Shown here: piece after piece, positions 11,700 through 25,518 of the stretch | Numbering within the stretch: the stretch's first letter is position 1 | Layout: every line of letters starts with the position of its first letter | NCBI GenBank assembly: GCA_002104905.1 | Contig: MCFE01000420.1 | Location: 1 to 64,000, forward strand | DNA: 64,000 nt | Source of the DNA: Basidiobolus meristosporus CBS 931.73 | Taxonomy: Eukaryota > Fungi > Basidiobolomycota | Reading direction: 5' to 3' | Notes under the pieces: generated by a model | Databases searched by the model: none | What the model saw: the letters and a program-made list of their open reading frames with translations, nothing else | What the model was told of the DNA's origin: nothing | Position numbers and translations under genes: made by a program

Positions 11700-14400
11700 C
11701 TGTATGACAAAATATTCTTAGGTGGATTGCTTGTCAGGGTCTGGAATTTTTGTCCTTCAAAGTTGGAATTTCTTGATCTTTCACTTGTGTGTTACAATAG
11801 CAAAAAGCAAAATAAAGCAATGAGTGCAATATTGGTATTGAGATATTGTAGTAATGGAATACTTTCCATTATCACAGAGGTAGATGAACTGCTTTTCTCT
11901 GCAATCTCATCTCCCTTACTGGAGTGTAGCTCAACTGGAAGAGCTTCCAGCTCTGAGAAAGCAGCTTTTGTCTTGTTGGTAATTTTCTTTGCTATTATGG
12001 GAATCAGCCTGTTTTGGACTGATTGCTTCAGTTGGTAAGAGCTACAGCTTATTTCTCATGCTTCCCTGTCTCTGGATTGGGTAGACCTTTTTCTCTTTCT
12101 CCTTTTACCATTATCACTGCCAAGTCTTCTACGGCTACTTTGACTGAGTGAGTCTTGTATTCTACGCTGTTTTCTACTTAATGAATGCTGCACTTGCGCG
12201 TCTGTTTATGCCTGCCTGTCCCTTGCTTACACACTTCTGACAATGCAATATTTCTTTGCCACTTGCTCTATTAAAATAATTGCAATGATTACACCAAAAG
12301 GCTTTAACAATATCAAAGTCCGACAGCTAAGAAGTATTGATCCCATCAGGACACCATGCAAAGACTGTTGAAAATTAATTGCATCCAGATTTCATTAAAG
12401 ACTTGGTCAAAACTTTTCATCAGAACAATACATAAGTGACTTTTGATTGGTTGTCTGCCAATTTTTGCACTTTTTGATCTCAGACACTTAATCACCTCCT
12501 ACAATTGGGTATATTTATTGGCTATTGCCTCTTTTTGACACTCATTACTTCCTGACTCAACTGATTCTGTTACTTTTCAATCATGCATATTGATTTATTT
12601 CCAATGAAACATCAGTTGTACCTCAATTACCAGCTGTATTGACCTATATAAGTATCTATGCCTAACACTAGCATTAGCCCAATCCCACACTCAACAAGTT
12701 ACTCCATTAAGATCAACCATTCAATAAGTATTTCTGCTGGAGTACCCTTTTTCCATGACTTTGGCTGGAAACCTGCAGCTTTGTGCCACTGTCCATTCAT
12801 TGGTTCCCATACATATTGGTCTTCAGCTGGCATAGCAAGGTCTAGAACCTCATCTGTAAGTCTTTGCAAGAAATCCCTGCAATATTCAAATGAGTGTTCT
12901 CAAGCACTGCTCTTGACAAAGAGCTGCAACCTCTTGGTGTGCCTATTAGTGCCCAGCAATTCCACTTTAGGCATTGTTATGGTCTTTTAGCTTTTGACAT
13001 GGATGCCTTGTCTGTCACAAGGATCTCCACTCTGTCTACAATGGAGGGGGTAGAGGCAGTTGTAGATAAATTGCTTTTCTCTGCAAACTCATCTACCTCA
13101 CTGGAGTGTAAATCAACTGGCTGCACCTCCAACACTTGAGAAAGCAGCTTTTGTCTTGTTGTTAATTTTTCTTGGCTATTATAGGATTCAGCCTGTTCTA
13201 GTCTGATGACAATAATCTGTTACAGCTGTAACTTCTTACTTATGCTTCCTTGTCTCCAACTTAGGTAGACCTTTGTCTCTTTACCTTACCTTTATCATCA
13301 CTGTGTCTTTCACAACTACTTTGATTCAGCACTTCTTTTGTTGTACACTGTTTTTTCCATAATGAATGCTGCAATGATGCATCCTTTTTTCCCTGCTTGT
13401 CCCTTGCAGGCACTCTCCTGCCTACTTGATAATATTTTGCCACTGACTTGGAACTATTGGCCCTCCTTGAGACAGACTGCTGTGATAGGCATGGGTGTCA
13501 CTCTCAGTCCTTTGCTGCTACTGTGACTGAGATCTTCCGGTATTGAACTACCTTTTCTCCTTGATAAATGCTGCACCAATATACCTGCTTCTGCCTGCTT
13601 GTCCCTTACTGGCACTCTTCTGGCTACTCAGCAGTTCCTTGTCAATTGCATGGAGCTTTCAGCCCAGCTTGTGACAAGCTCTTCAGGAAGCCACTGGTTT
13701 TTAGCCATGGCATCCTTGCTTGCCTGCCTCTGATAGTTTCTGCTATTCTTGCGAGAGTTTCTAAGAGTCCCAATACTAGCCCAAAATTTGCTTGCTTGCT
13801 TGAATCCAGGATAATGCTCATGGAATAGGTCAAGCACATTCTGCTTGGCCTTGAGGTCTGGATGGTCCTATGATATGCTGGCCTTAAGGTGATGCTGTGC
13901 TAGACTTCTAACAGCTACTAGAATATTAACCCACTCTTCATCATTACACTTGATAGCTTCACCATCTTCAGTGTCATTAGATTATGAGGGTAGGGTATAA
14001 ATACATTAGTGTCTCCCTCCCATGCTGTCATTGGTTTTTCTGTAGGATTTATCTTTGGCACTGTTACTGTGCTTCAAAGACTGTACAGTGTTCCTCTGCT
14101 GCTATATTGGAAAGTGGCTCAACTCCTAGCTGTGACATTGTGCTACTTGAGTTCCATCTTGGCAGCAAGGATACAGCATTGGCTACCTGGTATATTAATT
14201 ACTCTAAATGTTTTATTGGCTCATCCTGTTTCTGGAATATTTCCAGATTACCCTGCACCATTGCATCTATCTTATCAGCCACTGCAACTAATTACCTTGT
14301 TAGTGCTCTGGTATAAGTTGACAACATACCTGCTAATATAGGTGGTGGTGATGATATGACGGCCACTTGCTGGTCTTAAGCTAAGAGTACTCTCATTGCT
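11700..14400 (-). pseudogene. Degenerate ORF-X copy plus a partial second copy
   Basis: 12240-14030 is the inverted homologue of 490-1900, with a coiled-coil-like N-terminal extension to ~14400. 11880-12240 is a direct repeat of 13065-13430. Confidence 0.6.
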
Positions 14401-15069
14401 ATATTCTCATATGCATGGGCATTATGGTCAGCTTGTGACTCCACAGATATTCTCATTGACCTACCTGACTGAGAGCCTGAGGAGTCTGCATTGTTACCTT
14501 AGGTGGGCACACTTTCAACATAGCCATTTTTGATGAGGCCCTGCTTGCTGCACTGAGTTTCACAGCAAGCTGCTGTCCAACCATTCTTCTGCTGCTTTCA
14601 GCAATTGGGTTTGTTTGGGAACCAGACAACTTTGTTTTTTTTTGGCAGCATATATGTGGAAGTGTGTCAAACCAAAGGGGAAATAGTGTTAGATATACAT
14701 GTGCTTGTGGTGCCACAACCCTATCTATAATACCTACAATGGCAGGTCATCATTGATTCTTATATTCATTTAGGTGCAATATCTCAATTCCAAGACTGTC
14801 TTAAATTCATATCAGTATTGTCCAAAATGTAGTATAATACCTTTAAGTTACTGAGTGTCAAATGGTTTGCTCTATACTGAAGACTACTATGATTCAATGC
14901 CTGCAAGAGAAGAGAAAAAAGGCCATGTGCTATTGTAACAAGCTTCTCAGCCATGAAGCATATAGAGAGTATAGGAAGTATTGAAAGGACTATGGAGAGT
15001 GTTTTGTCACACAAGTCATATTTGTCCATTCTTCAGTTGCTGCTGTACCAATCATATCTTGCCAGCCGC

Positions 15070-17808
15070 TTGATAATTCTATATTGGCACCAAGCCATAC
15101 TTGTCACATTATGGAAGCTGATTACGGTGAGCTTGTGATGCACTTAGACTCTCCTGAGCCTTCTGAATATGGCATACAGAGTGATTGCTTTGAAGAAGTG
15201 GGCTCAATGATGGATTGGGAGCTTATTTCCCCTAACACCAGTATGCAACTTACCTTGTACATGGTACACATGGACAACTGTCATGCAGCTGGCAGCATAT
15301 GACTTTGAGACTATTCTGATACCAGCATGTGGAAACAGTTGCATGGCTTTCACATCAGAAATTGCCACCATTGCAAGGTGTCAAACTTGTCAGGAATCCC
15401 CACAGTTGGAGGAAAGCATTGTTCACACTGCAGATATATTCCATTAATACCTTGTCTAAATAAGTCCATGCAGTCCAACCAGTGTTTTGACTCCATAAAG
15501 TACCAAACTCAGTATCAATCTAGCACAAACCTATATAAGCTATTAAGTACCACACTCAGTATCAATCAAGTACAAACATATCCAATTTATATGATAGCAA
15601 ACATTACAAATAACTATGTAGCAAGGGCTACTTTGAAGGTATGTATGACCATGCCTTTGCCTTGGCACTTGATGTATCTCATTAAACAAGTACTCTACCA
15701 GCAAATCCTGCTGGCCACTGATTCTCATGAACCTTAATCAGCCACATATCTTACAGTATCCAAGCACAAATCTGATGGTATTCTTGCTGATAGCTGGGCC
15801 TAAAACACCATCCAACCAGGACAGCCACCTGCATCCATTGCCAGATGTATCTTGTATGCTTTCCAGCAGGATACTACTAGCTGGCCATCATATCAAAGAA
15901 CATATTGTTATCTGCAATTGAGATACCCCAGCCATCAGCAGGATAGCTGGCTTTTCTGGGCACAATAGATGGTATTGGTGTCAAATGTGTGAGATCCAGG
16001 GGACCTATTTCATATCTCACACACATTATTGTCAACCAAATACCAACACTGAGAATGTCATCTTCCCATAGAAGGAACATACAGAAGTTGGTATGCAACT
16101 GCAACAAAATTGGCAAGCTTTAAGCCATTGGCCCTGATATGGAGTTAATTAGAAGCTGGAGATACTTATGATAAAGGGTATCTGTGGGAGTAAAAGCTTT
16201 CATGAGGAGCAATGCACATGCCTTTTCAACAATATCACTATACTAATTACCAAGTTTCACATGGGGCATTTAAGCTGAATGAGCCCTTTGAGATGCCAGA
16301 GAAGCTTGAAAGAACTGGCATGATACTACAGATATCCACCACCTGAAGCATTGCAGACAGGCTCCAATCAATATTTATGTGCATATGCAACAATGCAAAT
16401 CTCTGCTGCTACTGTGACCATTCTCTGCTCCATCTTACTTTATGTGTGGGATATTATGGGCCTTACTTCAGGTTTGGGGAGTTCCCTATGAAGCAGATGT
16501 GTAGGGAGATAGGAAAACAAGTCAAGTTGGAGGTACTACCATATCCTAGTTTCATCAACAATATTACCTTCATGTCTGTCATGGATGCAATGAGCTGGCA
16601 TATGCAGGACAGCCAGGAAAAGTTGGGAAATGCTGAGGACATATGTGCACATGGTGATACTTGTAACTTTAGCATTAAGAAGCTCAGCAGCCCCAATGTA
16701 TGGGTAATCAGTTAGGTAATAATAATATGGGTTGTGTGCAAGAAATAACTAATCTTTATAAGAATAACTCCACCAAAGTATGCCTGGTTTCTTCTGGTCA
16801 TGAGACAATTTCAACACCATTCCATATGGAATTTGCACAATCAGGAGCCAGAGCTCACCTATAAGGGGACTAGAGCTTGGTAATGACAAGGTATAGATTG
16901 GTTAAATTCCAGGAAGTTCTCATGCCTTTAGCATTGAGAAGCTAAGCAGCCCCAATGTATGTTTAATCTAATAGGTAATGGAAAGTTGGGTTAGGTGCAA
17001 CAAGCAACTAATTTATATTAAGACAATTTTACCCAAGTATGCCATATTTCTCCTGGTCACATGCTAATTTTTATGCCATTCAATACAGAACTCATATAAA
17101 CAAGAGCCAGAGCACACCAATAAGGGGGACTAGAATCCAGCAGGGAGAAGGAATATATTGGCTAAATACCAAAAAGTTCTTTGCAGATATTCAGGAGGTA
17201 TTCATGGCAAAAGTGGTGGCAACAAAATATATGTTTGCAAGATGTATATGTTACCAGCAATATAAGGTATATGGCAACTTTGCAAGTATCACACTAAAAG
17301 GCTGTAAAGTTGATATGATAGACATATGTCAATTGCAGCAGGTGTGCACATCAGTGGAGGTTAGCAAGTAGGAGGCTATAGTATATTTGATTCAAACTAT
17401 ATGTGGGATACCAAAGGTAGTTGTAGGTTAGTAAATAAAGAGGGGTAATTCTACAGTGGAATATATGAATTGTGCAAGGGGAGGTAGAAAAAGGAAATAC
17501 CATTTGGTAAATGGGTACGGTAGTATTACACACAACTAGCTGTAGGCTGCCATACTGCTGTAATAATGCCATGAGAAGCTTGCAATAAGGCCATCAAAAC
17601 ACTGCTACATTGTTTGCCATATAAGGCAACTGGATGTACTGGCCAATTGGATCCACTCAAATAGTTGTAGAGTGCACCAAGACCACAACAATGCCATGCC
17701 ACCCTTGGTAAAATATCATACAAACACTGTTATGTTTTTAACTTTATTTGGCTGTAAAATTAGCTAAACACTGTTGTGATTGCATCATAAGATTGTGTAG
17801 ATGGTACT
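15070..17808 (+). mobile_element. CACTA/EnSpm-type transposon relic, copy 1 (Tnp2 / Transposase_21)
   Basis: Tnp2-type motifs across frames (RYIPLIPCL, DHAFALAL, PAISRIAGFSGH..., CYCDHSLLHL...GPYFRFGEFPMKQMC); collinear with 17809-18253 plus 26749-29160. Termini not identified. Confidence 0.75.
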
Positions 17809-18508
17809 TCTATAATGGCACCTGGCCATACTTGTCACCTTGCGCAAATTGAGTCAGGTGAGTCTGTGACCCCTTTAGGCTCACCCCAGCCTTCTGAATA
17901 TGGCATGCAGAGTGATAGCTCTGAAGAAGCAGGCTCACTGATGGTAGTGAGCCTATCTTCCCCAACAACAGTACCCTGCATGAGCCCAGCAAAACCCCAT
18001 TATGCAATGAGACAACCCCCATGGAAAAATATGCCAAGGATACTCTATGGAGTCAAATTAGCCCAGTAATCCATCTACTGGTGAATGATGTGATGTTGTG
18101 GCTGGAGTGGCTCATTTCTACTAATATCAGCAATGGTGGCTTTGAGGATTTACTACTACTTCTCACCAAAATCAACCTGAGATGCAACTTATCATGTGCA
18201 TGGTATAAATGGAAAATTGTCATGCTGCTGGCAACATATTACCCTGAAACCATTGTGGTAGGGTAAGCATACCTCCCACAGACAAGTATATTCATATAAC
18301 TTTTATGTTGTACTTATCCATATTTTATCTTATCAGTATTATCTCATTCTCCTTTTGCCCATATTATTAGTATTATCCCCATATGATGTTTACCCTGATT
18401 AGTTATTAGCATGAGTTATTCCAGATGTTATTCAGCTTTGTGATATTTATATGTATCTACATTGGGCAAGTACCCACATCAGTACCCGTGACACATGACC
18501 TAAATCTG

Positions 18509-19180
18509 TGTTGTATCCAAGAGAAGTGTAATAAAGCTCTTGAATGAGTTAACTGAACCTAAGTGACAACTAAGTGCACAATCTTAGAATTGTCAAGAGT
18601 GACAGAAATATTAGCAGAGAGGTTCTGGTCTAATATTGGCCTTATATTTAGCTGAGTTGGGCTATAAAGGCAACATAGTAGGTTTGCTGTGTAGGCTAGG
18701 CTTGGTGTTCTTGAGAGTGCTAGATATGTTAAGCTTGGGTAGAAACTAGAATGGAGTTGTTGCTTTCTTACTTTGTTGAGACACATACTGAACAAAAAGG
18801 TTTGGTAAACTTTATTTATACTTTTCTGATTGAGTTGCATTAGTAAGCGCCAAGAGACTGGACTAATTTAAATCTATTGGGGTGTTGATAGGTGCATAAG
18901 ATAAATGAGAAATTGCATCATTAATCAGCCAATGTCTTTGCAACTGCTATGTGGTTGGATAAATCTCAGTTGAGTTTCACTTAGATAGGCTTAGCAGATC
19001 AGTTGGGCATGTAATGACCACATGAAAATTGATCAGGTGTGACAGCCAAAAATAAGTTCTGAGAAGTGATAAAATAAACCATAACAGGGATTAGTTATGT
19101 TTGGGTTGGGAAAATCAGTTAGGGTGCTAGACTTTCCAATGGAGTGAAATTGGCCAAGTTTTAAGTGTTGATGCAAAACA
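18509..19180 (-). repeat. 3' LTR of chromovirus B
   Basis: TGTTGTATCC...GCAAAACA; aligns end to end with 25519-26195. Confidence 0.92.
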
Positions 19181-19283
19181 TCACTTCCTTCCGGGAACAG
19201 GAGTTTTCAGATACCTTCTGGGTTCCCCTGCAGTTTCAATAATGATCAATGAAGACAACATCATCAAAGCTGGTGTAAGGTTC

Positions 19284-22200
19284 CTAGGTGTTGTGTTTGG
19301 CATCATAACCTTTCCACTTGACTAAATAAAGGCAATTTGGTTCTTCTCCATCATGGTCAACAATAGCTTCAACTTCATAGGATTCAGAAGTAGCTAGGTC
19401 TTGAGATATAAGTTTGAGTGAAGAAGGTGGAAAGTTTTTGGGTAGCAGTGCTTGAGTACTGTCCTGAAGTACATAAGATCCTCCAGTGGTACCTCTAACA
19501 ACTTTGAGTGGGCCTTCATATTTGGGGTCAAGTTTTGAATGCTGGATTGGTTCTAATGTCATGACATATGACCCATCTGGAAAGCTTCTGCTCATGTGTC
19601 TTGAGGCATGTGTTGAAGTCATCTTTTGCTATGTGGCCCTACCTCTGGCACTGATAGCAGGGTAGACAATGTTTGTAAGGTACTCAGGCCAGTTCTTTAA
19701 CTTGTCTCTATTCAAACTTGCTAGCTCTGTATTTGGGTAGTCCCCAAAATGGCTGTATCTTCTTCCAAACATCAAAGAAAATGGCGTTGATCCATGTAGA
19801 GTGGCAATATTGGTGTTGATAGCATACTGTACAGTGGGTATGTACTTGTCCAAATTCTACTTGATACCTTTGATAGATTTCCTGATGCTGTTCACTGAGG
19901 TCTGAACATGTCTTTCAGCAAGTCCATTAGCTTTTGGATGATATGGAGTATTCATATGGTGATCAATGGCGCTATTCTTATAGAGGGCTTTGATCACATG
20001 ATTTACAAATTCTGTTCCATTGTCCTATTGAATGACCTTAGAAAATCCAAAAAGGCAGAGGAGCTTGAATTGTGTTCATGCAATAGTGGCAGCATAGTTG
20101 TCTGGGATAGCTTTGAGGAGTACAAAACATGTGCGGACATCCACAATTACAAAGAGGCAGTGATTACCATCATTGCTAGTGGTGAAAGGACCAGCTGGAT
20201 CAATTGCAATATGATCAATAGGAAGGCTTGCATGGATGGGACTCAATGGGTGAAATCCATGGCGGTTGATATTGTAAAGCTGACATTCTCTGCTAGACTT
20301 GACAAATTCTAGGCAGTCAGCTTTGATATTTGGCCAGTGATATCCATCAGAGTGTAGCTTCTTCATAAGTGTGTCAGCTCCAAAGTGTCCATGTAGATGA
20401 CTCCTCTGTATCAACATTTTTCTTTCATTGGTGTGTGGGATTTTCCTGGTTGCTGAATGCGGTTGAGGAGTAAATTTGGAAATTGTAGTGAGCTTACTCA
20501 TTACATCAGTAATTACATGTCCCTCCCAAGGAGAAGTTGGGAAAAGTCTTGAAAGGTGCCCAGGCAGGATGTTGAGGATTCCTGGGCAATGAATAACTGT
20601 ATATTCATAATCAAGTAGAGTATCAAGCCAGTTAGTAAGCATTGCAATCAGAGTCTTTTGAGTTTGGACATAGACAAGGGCTTGGTGGTTGGTGTACAAG
20701 ATAAAAGGATCACCCCATAAGTACTGATGAAACTTCCTCAAGGCAAAGACTATGGCAAGTAGCTCCATCTTGGTGACAGAGTAGTTTATCTCAGCAGGTT
20801 GTAGGGATCTGGCTTGAAAAGAGATCCAGTGAGGTGGATTTTGGTCTTCATCCTGGTATAGGACAGCCCCTAACCCAACATTAGATGCATCCATAGCAAT
20901 AACAAAGGTCTTAGTAAAGTCTGGTTTGGATAGGGTGGGTGCCTGTGAGAGCAACTGGCAGAGTGACTCAAATGCTTGGTCATGAACCTTGTTCCAGGCT
21001 GAGGGAAGATTAGGACTATGGCATATTGCATCCAAAGGGGCACTCAATGAGAATGTGAGTGGAATGTTCTCCCTGAAATAGCTGAATACTCCAAGATAAT
21101 GTTGGAGTTGCTTAGCACTAGTGGGTCTTAGCCATTCAGGAATACTTACCAGTTTGAAAGGATCAAGCTGGTGGCCATCTGGTGTGACAATGAATCCAAG
21201 TAGATTAATTTTGAGGTGGGCAAAGCTGCACTTTTATGCATTAAGAATCAGTCCAGCAGCTGTCAGTCAATTGATTAAATCAGTGACATGGGTTGCATGA
21301 TCATCACGGTGTAGTGGGGTGACAGTGACACCCACTGACAGATGTGCTCATTCCCTTATTTTCTACTTCCCTATATCTCTACTACACTTATTTTAGTTTT
21401 ATCCCATTTGTCTTACCCAATCAGTACTATCCCATAAGCCGGTTGACTATCACACCTGCTTACCTTATTGCATAAGTTAACCCTCACTTTATGTAAGATT
21501 ACTAGCTATAAGTACTTCTATATTAGGCAAGTACCCGCGCCAGTACCTGTGACACATGATCAGCCCGTGTCACCATCCCTACCATTTCCATACCATATAT
21601 GGTATCCCCATGTTACACAGGTTTCAGAATACTGATTCCTGATTGGTTGGATGTGCTGTGCCTCTTAGAACCTTCCGGCACCTACTTAGAACATTCTTAG
21701 GTCATTCTGATGTCATTAAGATTTCTATTGATCTCCGGAACCTTCTGGAACACCATGATTAGTAATCACTTAGCCAGTGAGAAAAGTATATAAGGGAGGC
21801 TATCCCTCAACAATAAATCATCATCCCTTTTATCAATATACCAACTTGTTGATTAGTGTGATCACTGCTACCTGCTGCTACCTGAACTTCCAACCCTAGA
21901 CCACAGGACACCCCCAGGAAACCGCGCTGACAGCCAACTGACCTTGGAGGCACTACTTGTGAGGAATACTCAGAGTAGGTATATTTTATTATATTTGATT
22001 CTTTCCCAAGTTTGTTCTCGTACAGGCAAAGATACTTTTCTGTCTTTGTAACTATTGACCACAGCTGCATTCTTATCAAGTCCCTGCTGGTGGAGTTTAC
22101 AGTTGTTTTGACTTTGGAAGCTTTAGTACATTGTCATCTCAATGGACGCTGAACCCAGCACATACTTTTGTTAAGATGCCAACTAAGTTGGGGATTGTAG

Positions 22201-23712
22201 CTCAATAGTTTTCCCTTGACAAGCTTGTGGCTTTATTCCCCTTCACATTAGATTAGAGACAGAACCCAAGTATTCCTAGCAAGCTTTTGCCAGAGGTTAT
22301 TGCACCCAGTGAACACCCCACACACAAAACACTTGAGAAGTGTTGGACATATCTCTCCCTTGGACCTATACACCACCACAACGGTGTGTGGAAAATATGA
22401 TGACATCATCAACAAATACTAAGGCCTATGGTGTGTTCTTAAGTATTATAGTCATGGCTCTCTGGAACTTGCTGATCAGTGTCTTTAGGCCAAAGGGAGC
22501 TCCCTGAAACATCCATTGCATATTATTCCAAGTAAAAGCAGTCTTATGCTGATGATCAGGATGGATCTGGAATCAGTGATATGCATCCTTCAAGTTCAAT
22601 TTAGAGAATACTTTTGTGTCCAATGGTGAGGAAAAGATATCCTGGATTCTTGGAATTGGAAATTTGTCATCTTGGAGAAGCTTGTTCAGAGGTCTAGGGT
22701 CCAAACAGGGTCTCTTCAGAGTTAGATTTCCATCAGCACCTTTCTTTGGTGCAAGTGTCAAAGGGCTGTTGAATGTTGTGTTGACAGGGGCTTGAGTGAT
22801 AATTCCATTGTCAACCCACTTTTGGACTAATTCATCAACTAAGTGTTGACAAGAATGCAGAATTGGGTATTGCCTCCTCCATGTTAACTCACCAGGTGGG
22901 GTTTCTAGTACAACAATGGATTCTGGAATAGTGCAGAAACTGTGCCTGGGAATGGCTTGGTTTCTTTCTATGGCCAGCTGAATTTCCAATTTGATTGATT
23001 GAGAATACACTTGAAAAGGTGGGGTTGACTCCTCTGCTTCTGGATGGGGAGAGATAATCTCTGGAATCTGATCCATTCTGGGTGGCTGAGACTTAGTGAT
23101 TCCAGGATATGAAACTGGTTGTCTGCCTATGTGAAAGTCAAGTTTGGAGAAGGCATATAGACCAATGACTACCTGAGGTCCATCTGGAATGTCAATAGCT
23201 TCCATCTGATGGATTATAGTTATTGAACCACAATGTATGCTGATTGGGTTGGTGATGCCAATTCTTGGGGCTGAGAGGTCCTTAGCCGCAAGTATGATTT
23301 TTCTTGGTTGCTTTTCTATTGCCAATTTGAGTTCCTTGACTACATTAGTTGATACAATAGAGTTGGATGATCCAGTTTCCAGTAGTGCTACATATGATTG
23401 GCCATTGAGTTTGAGTGGCAGCTCTATAGCTTTTAGCTGCACAATTGGTTGTTTCTTTTCTTGAACAGTTGCAATTTTAGCCAGAATTTCAAAGAGGTTG
23501 TGACAATCTTGAACTGCAAGTTCTTCATATGCTTCCTCATACCCTGTCATATCATTGGTTGAATGATCATCTAGAATCTGAGTAATTTTTGCCAATGGTG
23601 TAGAGCTCTTCTCAGGACAGGCAGGTGATCTATGTCCCATCTTTCCACATTTTAAGCATTTGTCATCAGCATATGGATTATCAGTTTTGGTGTTTTGCTG
23701 CTTCTCTGACAT
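19284..23712 (-). pseudogene. Disrupted pol of chromovirus B (protease-RT-RNase H-integrase-chromodomain)
   Basis: ORF fragments 22573-23712, 20076-21047, 19629-19853 and 19284-19622; in-frame stops and a solo LTR inserted just after the RT VDD motif. Confidence 0.88.
21310..22380 (+). repeat. Solo LTR (family A, 1071 bp) inserted in chromovirus RT
   Basis: TGTAGTGGGG...CACCACCACA with exact 4-bp TSD ACGG (21306-21309, 22381-22384). Removal restores the RT frame VDDVIIFSTHRDDHATHV. Internal TATATAAG and AATAAA on the plus strand. Confidence 0.9.
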
Positions 23713-24584
23713 GTTTCCTGACTAGTTTGACTGCTTGGTGATGCCTTTCACTCACTGGTAGAATGATAGCATCTTCCATGAAGCTCACAACACTTGCTAG
23801 CGGTTGACTTTGTCTTGGTCATATGACTGCTCTCTTTTCCGGTTGTTGCTGCATCTTGAATGGAGATACATGAAGCCTGGCTAACAGCTGCAGGCATGGT
23901 GATTGCAAGTGTACATATCTCTGAGATTTTGTCATAGGTACGTGCAGGGTTACATGCTTTGGCAATTGCAATATTGCTCTGTAGCTGGTGTGAAAAGTTT
24001 GAAAGAAAATGAGAATTAAGCAATGGATTATCATCACTAACTTTGGTTATTCTCATTTGTCTTTGGAATCTATCACAGAAGTGTTGCTCAAATTCACCTT
24101 TTTACATTTTAGTTTTCCATCAGTTGCAGTTTAGATGCACTTTCTTGACAGGATCTTCAGAATGGCCACAAAAGAGGTTCTGGGCAACTTTCCATGTACT
24201 AATGGAAGGATTGTTCACCTCAACCCAGTCAGCATCTTTCATGGTAAAACAGAGAGGTAGAAGTCTAGCCCAATTGGTGTCAGGTTCTAACTGGTGCATA
24301 GCTAAGACATGACTAAACTTGTAAAGAAACTCAGTGGGATTCTTTATGGCATTAGCTCCTTCAGCATAAAGAGGCAAGGATCTTGGGACACCACCAGGGT
24401 AAGTCTAGAGGGAGATGTAGATCTGGAGGATCCAATGGCATGAATTCTTGGTGGCTGATGCAGAGCAAGGCTTGGTGGATTTTCAATGCTGTCAATTACA
24501 ATGGCAACATTCTCCAGGGCTTCTTTGATAACTCCAGTTTCATCTTGGTAACCAGAAATAACTTGTAGAAATTCATCTCTACAA

Positions 24585-25134
24585 TGTAGTGGGGTGACAG
24601 TGACACCCACTGACAGATGTGCTCATTCCCATATTTTCTACTTCCCTATTTCTCTGATACACTTATTTTGGTATATCCCATTTGTCTTACCTGATCAGTA
24701 CTATCCCATAAGCTAGTTGACTATCACACCTGCTTACCTTATTGCATAGGTTATCCCTCACTTTATGTAAGATTACTAGCAGCAAGTGCTTCTACATTAG
24801 GCAAGTACCTGTGTCAGTACCCGTGACACATGAATAACCTGTGTCACCATCCCTAACATTTCAATACTGTATATGGTATCCCTATGTTACACAGGTTTCA
24901 GGGTACTGATTCCTGATTTGTTGGATGTGCTGTGCCTCTTAGAACATTCTGGCACCTACTTAGAACATTTTTAGGTCATTCTGATGTTATTAAGACTTCT
25001 ATTGATATCTGGACAGAACCCAAGTATTCCTAGCAAGCTTTTGCCAGAGGTTATTGCACCCAGTGAGCACCCCACACACAAAACACTTGAGAAGTGCTGG
25101 ACATATCTCTCCCTTGGACCTATACACCACCACA
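24585..25134 (+). repeat. Solo LTR (family A, 550 bp deletion form) inserted in chromovirus gag
   Basis: Same termini as 21310-22380; exact 4-bp TSD ACAA (24581-24584, 25135-25138); lacks ~520 bp of the longer copy. Confidence 0.9.
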
Positions 25135-25518
25135 ACAATGATTGCCAGATCTTGTCTTGGCAAGCTTTGAGTGCTCATGCATCAAAGTGTTTCTTTCATG
25201 CATGATGTTTTCAAGCTGTTCAGTTAGTTCTTCCTGATTTCTGTGGGTTTCCTTCAAGATGGAAAGATTTGGATTGCTTGCTGCTGAGGAAATATTGTAG
25301 CGGGGTTGAATATAATAGACTTGTTCCATCATTCCAGCCAATCATAGTGCCCAATAGTGCCATAGCATGCCAGATGGTGCCATACAGTGCCAGTTTGGGA
25401 TCAAAATTGACATGCATATGACCCTAAGATATCAAATTAATAACAAAGTATACAGCACTTTCTGGCACTATGATCAATGGCCCAATGGAACAAGTCTAAT
25501 GGAATTCAGCAAAAAAAA

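Noticed and set aside
12240-12520. Plus-strand reading resembling a LINE RT motif (QLRSIDPIRTP...KLIASRF)
   Set aside because: Comparison with the 490-2370 paralogue shows the conserved peptides are on the opposite strand (ORF-X), and no YADD or QG motif follows.
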